DNA of 11,654 nucleotides from a virus. The stretch covers positions 1-11,654 of the IMG/VR virus record IMGVR_UViG_3300001529_000023; one strand, 5' to 3'. Below are positions 7,509 to 11,654 of the stretch, in pieces. A program made the translations under genes and the position numbers. Below the pieces are notes generated by a model. It saw only the letters and a program-made list of their open reading frames with translations. It did no database searches and was not told where the DNA came from. Position 1 is the first letter of the stretch. Each line of letters begins with the position of its first letter.

Positions 7509-8060
7509 TTATTCTACGTTTTTAACTTTTTCTGCTAGGGCTTTAAGCTCTCTTTCTTTACGCTCTTTCTTTTTACGTGCCTTTTTCTCAGCCTGACGTT
7601 TACGGGCGGCCGCACGTTCTTTTTCTTCTCTTTCTTTTTTAATTCTTTCTGCCTCTTGTTCTTTAAAGAGTTTTTTTGCTTCCTTTACTTTCTTAACCCA
7701 ATATTTTTGATATTTCATTTCATGGGCTTTGTGTTCAACGCCTTCTTTTGTAAACCTATTACTATTTATAAGTTTAGAATAAGCAAGATAAATAGCAAAA
7801 TCAAAATCGAAAGCATCTTCTTCATTACATACTGTTTTAATTTGAGTCCCAAATTTAAAAGTAAAACGTAATACTTTATTAGGGACAAGAATTTCAATTT
7901 TTACTATTTCTGAATAAAATATATCATCTGTTATTGGATTGTTTTTTGTTTTTTGAATAGCTTTGGCAATAACACTATTTGCATATATGTCACTCGCATT
8001 AATAGTAATTGATTGTGATGTTGGTACTGATGAAAAATGCATAAGTTCTGAACAATTCAT
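7509..8060 (-). CDS. Hypothetical protein with a highly charged K/E/R-rich C-terminal tail
   Basis: A 183-aa ORF. The last ~55 aa read KKEREEKERAAARKRQAEKKARKKKERKERELKALAEKVK. The RBS AAGGAGAA is upstream and the stop is TAA. Confidence 0.55.
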   Translation of the reverse strand: MNCSELMHFSSVPTSQSITINASDIYANSVIAKAIQKTKNNPITDDIFYSEIVKIEILVPNKVLRFTFKFGTQIKTVCNEEDAFDFDFAIYLAYSKLINSNRFTKEGVEHKAHEMKYQKYWVKKVKEAKKLFKEQEAERIKKEREEKERAAARKRQAEKKARKKKERKERELKALAEKVKNVE

Positions 8061-8216
8061 TTTTTATTTTCTCCTTTTTTTATTATGATAATATTATATA
8101 ATAATTTTTTTAAAAGGTCAAATTCAAGAAAAATAGGATTTAGGTTTTTTATTTTTAAAAGAATATATAAATAGGAGAATTAGTATAGATTATACTATAA
8201 AAAGGAGGAAAAATAG
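8061..8216. promoter_or_regulatory. Divergent AT-rich intergenic region between the minus-strand block and the plus-strand late block
   Basis: 156 nt with no ORF. It contains TATAAT-like hexamers and a repeated AAATAGGA...TTAG motif at about 8133 and about 8171. The strong RBS AAAGGAGG (8201-8208) precedes the ATG at 8217. Confidence 0.3.
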
Positions 8217-11123
8217 ATGCCAGGAATAAATAATAATTTATACCCACCTATTTTTAAAACAGCATATGCGCCTGCTTTCGCTGATGAATGTAGAGTTTAT
8301 TTTGCAATATCTAATTATAATAATTTAGATGATATTGATATAAATAAAGTACAAGTAATTGTACAAAATCAAAAAACGAATCAATCTGTATTAAAAAAAG
8401 AATCATACCCTAGCGGTATAAAAATTGCGTCTTTAAAAACAGATCTTGAACGAGCAGGAGATGATAGATATTACATTGAATTAATGGATTCTGATATTGA
8501 AGGAAAAACGGGTTTTAGTTACAATCAATATTATAAAGTTCAAATTAGATTTACTGCGAAGAATAAACAAGTAAAAAATATTTCAAATTCGCAGAAAATA
8601 GATAATTGGTTAAATGAAACTTTACAATATTTTTCTTAGTGGTCAACGGTAGTATTAATAAAACCTGTTAGTCGTTTAAAAATTTCTTTAAAATATTTTG
8701 AACAAGAATCTTAGAGTAATACTTTAACAACTAATTCTTTTACTGTTCTTGGATAGGTGAAGCATGAGGCTGATTCTGATAGAGAGGAATTAAAAAATTA
8801 TAGAATATCCGTATATACTGAAGACGGAGAATTATTAGAAGATAGCGGATAGTTACTTTTTAATGAGGATAATTAGATTCAATACCATTGTCGATATAAT
8901 TTTTAGAATGGAGATTATAAAATAAAAGTATCTGTATTAACTAAAAATTTATATTTTCAATAGCAAGTTTTTGATTTTCAGGTGTCCGCCGTCGCTTATA
9001 CTAATTTTGAGGCAGTGATTTCCGCAGATATAGACAATAAAAATGCATGCGCGGTTATCTCTGTTAAAAAAGATTTAATGGTTGGATTAAATACTAATAT
9101 AGTAATTTAGAGAACTTCTAATAAAGAAGATTTTAAATATTGGTAGGATGTTTATACAACTTCAATTCCTGCAAATAGTATTTTAAATTTTACTTGGAGA
9201 GATTATACTATTGAAAGCGGCGTTTGGTATAAATATAGAGTATCTAAACGAAATCAATAGAATTTTAGATCGACTCCTATTGAAATAAAAAATCCTATTA
9301 TGGCAGATTTTGAAGATATATTTTTAACTAATATTGAAGGACAATTAAAAATTCGATTCGATCCTCAGATTAATAATTTTTCTAAAGTCGTATCGGAGTC
9401 CTTAGTAGAAACAATTGGTTCTCAATATCCTTTTATTAGAAGGAATGGTAAAGTTGGATATAAGACTTTTTCTATCTCTGGAACCATATCTTATTTAACA
9501 GATATAGGTTCTAATTTAATGCATGCTTCTAAAACATAGCTGTATGGAGATTCGGCAAATTTATATAAAGAATATAATCAATAGAACAATATTAATTTAT
9601 ATAATGATATTACTCAGGAAAAAGTTTTTCGAGATAAAGTATTAGATTTTTTATATGAGAATAATGTAAAATTGTATAAATCTTCAACAGAAGGTAATCT
9701 TTTAGTTAAATTAATGAATATTAGTTTAACTCCTAATAATACATTAAGTAGACAAATCTATAGTTTTACATGTACTGCATACGAAATTGATACTTTTAAT
9801 TATAATAATTGTATAAAATATTTTATTCAAGACCCTGGCCAATACGTTTAGGAAGATATTTTATTAATACAGAGATATGGACAGCTTTATTATCCTAATT
9901 TAAGTGTATATTATCCTCAAGAGGATGAGTCTAAACATTTTAATAATAATGATTTATATTTTGGAGCAGGATAGATTTTATCAACGTTAATAAAACAAAA
10001 GTATCAAACTTTAACTAGTGAAGATATTGATATTAATATAAATAAACTATCTTATTTAAAAATTACTTTAACAAGCCCTCCTTATTTAATTGGAGTGATG
10101 GAAAGTTAGCCTTATCGTATTACAGATAGTACATCCGTGACCAATGCAGTTTATTCTGGTCATATAGTTAAAATTAATGGTGTTCCAATTATAATTAATA
10201 AAGATGGTATATATTAGCTTTCTAATGATGATACGGCAATTACTTCATTACAATTTGTCTCTCCTTATGAACAAGGCGTTATAGATTTTGAAGTTTATAT
10301 AGAAGAAAGCGAAAAACAAAAAGTGGATTTTAAAGGATATAATAGTTTTAATAAAATAGGTCAGTTATGGGGAACTTTTAGTTTCTTTGATAGCTTAAAA
10401 GAAAATCTTTGTAATAATATAACAAATAGGTATCTTTTTACAAACGATTCTTACGAACAAGAGGTTCAGCAAATTAATGGTATAAGATTTCAGGCGGAGC
10501 CTGGAACGGTTATTTTTGTACGAGAAAATCAAGATGGCCAATACGAAAAGCATATTTTGAATGAAACTGGATTATTATAGTTTTATGATTAGGATACTAA
10601 TATTCAAGGTTTTTATTTTATGGGACCGAAACTTGAAGAGGTATCAGCGGAAGAGAAAGATAAATATGGTTTAAAACCTTATCAATTTTTTAATACGAAT
10701 GAACCTATTACTTTAGATGTTATAAAACATCCTCAAAATAATTATGTTTATTATTTTTCTTCATATAATAGTATTACTGATACTTTAACGGTTCCCGCCG
10801 GTTAGCTTCATGATTATGGAGATAATGAAATAGATGGTAATGCTTTAGTTATTTCTGATAATACTTTAAATGGTAATTTAATAGGCCCTAATATTTTACA
10901 ATTATATTCTAATTTAAATGACACTACATACACATGGGACGCTACAAGTCAAGAAGCTAGAGAATTAAATAATGAAACTTTAGGATTATTATTTGCTACT
11001 GCTAATAGCTGGATTTATTACCAAGGTATGTGGTATCCTTTTTCTCTTGATCATCAAGTACCTTTAACTCAAACTGAAGCTATAATAGATTATTATTGTA
11101 CAGTTTTGAAAAGGAGGTATTAA
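8217..11123 (+). CDS. Large late/virion-type protein (about 968 codons) in which TAG is a sense codon. About 19 in-frame TAGs; the terminator is TAA at 11121-11123.
   Basis: The track ORFs 8217-8639, 9300-9539, 10323-10580 and 10620-10805 all start in the same frame (start mod 3 = 0). Hand translation of 9300-11123 shows one frame interrupted only by TAG. Track-based positions of those TAGs are 9537, 9582, 9849, 9972, 10107, 10215, 10578, 10590 and 10803. The 8640-9299 stretch likewise holds one frame with nine TAGs and no TAA or TGA. Composition is rich in N, Y, T, S and I. There is a single strong RBS, at 8201-8208. The product family was not recognised. Confidence 0.6.
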
Positions 11124-11128
11124 TTTTT

Positions 11129-11654
11129 ATGAATAAAAGCACAAAATATCAAAAGTATTTAACTGATGCCGCTTTTTTAAAATAGCTTACTGAATTACAT
11201 ATAAAAGATTATTTTGTAAAGATAGCTGTTTTAGATTGGAAAGAGAATTTTATTGAAAATATTGAAGGTAAAGTAATAAGTGCAAGTATCAATATAGATG
11301 GGAATAGTATTATTCGTCGTACCGCAACTTTAAGTGTATTAATAGATGAAACTAATAATAACATTACTAATGTTAAAAATATTTTATCTATTAATAAAAA
11401 AATTAATTTACAAATAGGTTTTATTAATAGTACGGATAAATATTTAGATGAGCCTATTATTTGGTTTCCTCTTGGAGTTTATGTAATAACTGATAACTCA
11501 ATTTCTTACTCAAGCACCGGATTGGTAGCATCGTTACAATTAAAAGATAAAATGTGTTTATTAAACGGAGATTGCGGCGGGACCTTTCCCGCATCAGTTA
11601 TTTTTGATACTTATACGACTATTGATGAAAATGGACATGAAGTAATTGAACGAC
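11129..11654 (+). CDS. Phage structural protein (possible tail or baseplate component), 3'-partial, with an in-frame TAG at codon 19
   Basis: AGGAGG (about 11112-11117) lies upstream of the ATG at 11129. The translation is MNKSTKYQKYLTDAAFLK-TAG-LTELHIKDYFVKIAVLDWKENF...GVYVITDNSISYSSTGLVASLQ... The frame is open for 156 codons after the TAG (about 11183-11185) to the window end. Confidence 0.5.

Noticed and set aside
7656-7871. Plus-strand 71-aa ORF opposite gene 7509-8060.
   Set aside because: It is antisense to a longer ORF that has an RBS. Its translation is Phe- and Ile-rich junk.
8061-8216. Possible tRNA or small-RNA gene in the intergenic regions (4272-4436, 4881-4978, 8061-8216).
   Set aside because: No GTTCGA/TTCGAAT T-arm-like motif or cloverleaf-compatible pairing was seen. 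The regions are explained by terminators, RBSs and small ORFs.
8640-9299. Apparent TAA at about 8655 terminating the first plus-strand ORF in the printed sequence.
   Set aside because: The printed text counts to 11653 nt rather than 11654. By hand-counting, the ORF-track coordinates are 1 nt ahead of the printed sequence from 9300 onward, while they agree at 8639. So one base in 8640-9299 is not visible to me. The track places 8217 and 9300 in the same frame. The only way that frame can remain open is if the extra base lies in about 8640-8654, which removes the in-frame TAA. This is flagged as uncertain.
9300-10805. Treating the track ORFs 9300-9539, 10323-10580 and 10620-10805 as three separate small genes.
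   Set aside because: They share one frame and are separated only by TAG codons. The sequence between them stays open, with no TAA or TGA. They lack individual RBSs. One starts at GTG in mid-frame. The recoded single-frame reading explains all of them.
1-11654. CRISPR array, rRNA, or transposase/IS element.
   Set aside because: No direct-repeat and spacer periodicity, no rRNA-like conserved stretches, and no DDE or serine-recombinase motifs were seen in any frame.

Overview
This window looks like part of a phage or prophage from an AT-rich Firmicute, organised as two divergent gene blocks around an AT-rich intergenic region (8061-8216). Coordinates follow the supplied ORF track. The displayed text counts to 11653 nt, not 11654: by hand-counting, the track is 1 nt ahead of the printed sequence from 9300 onward, so positions between 8640 and 9299 are uncertain by 1 nt.

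Minus-strand block (570 to 8060), all readable with the standard code and all ending in TAA or TGA:
- A lysis cassette: a holin followed by a GH25 endolysin. The endolysin is intact except for one in-frame TAG.
- A T4-like RNA-repair trio: Pnk-type polynucleotide 5'-kinase, calcineurin-type metallophosphoesterase, and an Rnl-type RNA ligase. A secreted cell-wall-binding-repeat protein sits inside the same operon.
- An 829-aa homologue of the eukaryotic major vault protein (MVP), with clear vault-repeat, shoulder and cap-helix regions.
- Several small hypothetical genes and two rho-independent terminators.

Plus-strand block (8217 to the end):
- The four ORF-track fragments all lie in one frame. 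By hand translation, 9300-11123 is a single reading frame broken only by TAG codons, with no TAA or TGA until 11121-11123.
- The 8640-9299 stretch also contains one frame open except for nine TAGs, most simply the same frame. The adjacent late gene (11129 onward) carries a TAG at codon 19.
- The simplest reading is that TAG (amber) is a sense codon in the late, lysis and structural genes of this element. This matches stop-codon-recoded gut phages in which early genes remain compatible with the standard code.

No tRNA (including a suppressor), release factor, CRISPR array or rRNA was found in the window.
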